From the IMG/VR virus record IMGVR_UViG_3300030372_004329, positions 1 through 45,834 of that record: DNA of 45,834 bases; one strand, written 5' to 3'. Positions 44,681 to 45,834 of this stretch are shown here, in pieces. The translations under genes were made by a program, and so were the position numbers. Below the pieces are notes generated by a model that was given only the letters and a program-made list of their open reading frames with translations, did no database searches and was not told where the DNA came from. This stretch comes from a virus (lineage: Duplodnaviria; Caudoviricetes). The first letter of the stretch is position 1; each line of letters begins with the position of its first letter.

Positions 44681-45030
44681 GTGTTGCTCACCGCCGCCCA
44701 TAAGTCGTCAGAGATCGACTCAAGAGAGGTTTGAACCGTGCCGCTCATGTCGTCATCGGCGACCAATTTATCGACACGGGCTGCAGCCGATTCGATGACC
44801 CCGCGCAGATACGTCATGTCTTTTTCAAGGTCTTCGTACTCGTCAGCAGGAACCGTATACTGATCGCTCGTGCACGCTCGCAATTCGTCGAGTTCGTCCC
44901 ATACACGTTGCAGTTCGGGATATTTTTCACGCGCAGCGTCGGTTGTGTCCGACTGGTATTCGATTAGCGCAGCGTCGAAGTCGAACCGTTCAGACGCTGG
45001 TCGGGGCATCACGGGACGTGGCATCTTCAT
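44677..45030 (-). CDS. Hypothetical acidic protein with N-terminal MPRPVMPRP
   Basis: GGAGG RBS. Confidence 0.7.
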   Translation of the reverse strand: MKMPRPVMPRPASERFDFDAALIEYQSDTTDAAREKYPELQRVWDELDELRACTSDQYTVPADEYEDLEKDMTYLRGVIESAAARVDKLVADDDMSGTVQTSLESISDDLWAAVSNT

Positions 45031-45116
45031 CAGAACACCCTCCCCGAGATCGCGCAGGCAAGCAGGACGCAGTAGAGCGCAACCTGACTGATCAGCAGAA
45101 CATCGTATTTACTCAA
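45030..45116 (-). CDS. 28-aa hydrophobic peptide (TTG start, [28 protein letters not shown])
   Basis: GGAGG RBS; TGATG overlap with the next gene. Confidence 0.45.
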   Translation of the reverse strand: MSKYDVLLISQVALYCVLLACAISGRVF

Positions 45117-45414
45117 CGCGGAACCCTCCAATGCCGACAAGAATTTCAGCGGCGTCGACGACGCGCTGGCGAATCGGTCCGACCGCTATGGTCTCGCCGG
45201 TAAACCGCGACACGGCACGGAACTTGCGGACCTGCCCGCATGCGGGCGGTTCAGGGTCGTTCATGTCCCACACAAGACCGCACGGACGGCACGCCATCTG
45301 ATCGCTGACCTGCACCGCCTGGCATTTCGAGGCGGACAAGCGCGGAATGAATTCGGAAACGTGGCGCCATGTATCTGCACCGGTCACACGGGCAACGTCT
45401 TCGTCGGTGGTCAT
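45109..45414 (-). CDS. Hypothetical protein with Cys cluster (C.A.Q.SDQM.C..CGL.WD..D)
   Basis: GGAGG RBS; ATGA overlap. Confidence 0.7.
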   Translation of the reverse strand: MTTDEDVARVTGADTWRHVSEFIPRLSASKCQAVQVSDQMACRPCGLVWDMNDPEPPACGQVRKFRAVSRFTGETIAVGPIRQRVVDAAEILVGIGGFRVE

Positions 45415-45834
45415 TTCGAGTCCTCCGATTTTCCCACATGACCGGTCGGCGAGGCAGGGCTGACGTCAATGATCTGCAGGACGATTGCCAGGTATTCATC
45501 AGCCCATTTCAGTGCGTCAGTGTCCATGCGATCAATCCAGACGCGACCCTCCTCGGTATTCCATTTACGCCACTTGTCGATCTCATGACGCTGGCATCCG
45601 ATCTGAAGCGTCGTATCGGTGTATCCGATTTCCCACGTTTCAATCTGCATGGTTTTAATGTGGGTCATGTTGCCGAGGCAACGCAGGTTCGCGCCGAACA
45701 GGTTCGCGCCGGACAGGTCCGCGCCGGACAGGTTCGCGCCGGACAGGTTCGCGCCGGACAGGTTCGCGCCGAACAGGTCCGCGCCGGACAGGTCCGCGCC
45801 GGACAGGTTCGCGCCGGACAGGTTCGCGCAGGAC
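45411..45834 (-). CDS. Pentapeptide-repeat protein, C-terminal part (about 207 aa when joined to 1-253)
   Basis: [10 protein letters not shown] repeats run in frame into ...LQIGCQRH...W; frame matches 1-253 across the 53-bp overlap. Confidence 0.88.
   Translation of the reverse strand, partial: SCANLSGANLSGADLSGADLFGANLSGANLSGANLSGADLSGANLFGANLRCLGNMTHIKTMQIETWEIGYTDTTLQIGCQRHEIDKWRKWNTEEGRVWIDRMDTDALKWADEYLAIVLQIIDVSPASPTGHVGKSEDSK
45782..45834. repeat. 53-bp terminal overlap identical to 1-53 (circular assembly junction)
   Basis: Direct comparison of the two ends. Confidence 0.85.

Noticed and set aside
1-45834. Integrated prophage or lysogeny module; tRNA genes
   Set aside because: No integrase, CI-like repressor, ParA, host flanks or cloverleaf recognised by eye; tRNAscan was not run.

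Overview
The window looks like an essentially complete, circularly permuted dsDNA myophage genome of about 45.78 kb. Bases 1-53 are identical to 45782-45834, and joining them restores one pentapeptide-repeat ORF in frame. The likely host is an alphaproteobacterium of the Rhodobacteraceae, judged from a GapR homolog, an RcGTA-type GH108 endolysin with 3TM holin, and a VPLPA-CTERM-like motif. Recognisable modules are replication (Prim-Pol/VirE primase-helicase, iteron-rich origin, DNA methyltransferase, SF2 helicase, DUF2800 nuclease, SSB, family B polymerase, VRR-NUC), lysis, contractile tail and baseplate, head, terminase, and about 6.5 kb of small accessory genes between TerS and TerL. I saw no integrase, CI repressor, tRNA or CRISPR array. 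The most unusual signals are: (1) a P-x-M-P-x-P peptide tag in termini or linkers of many unrelated proteins; (2) a probable antisense RNA and anti-SD switch at the primase start, where an origin iteron also sits; (3) six promoters with a 10-bp-period CGGGNAAY repeat and a candidate OmpR-type regulator inserted in the head module; (4) an Acb2/Tad1-like sponge gene right after the major capsid gene. All family assignments come from motif recognition by eye, not from database searches.
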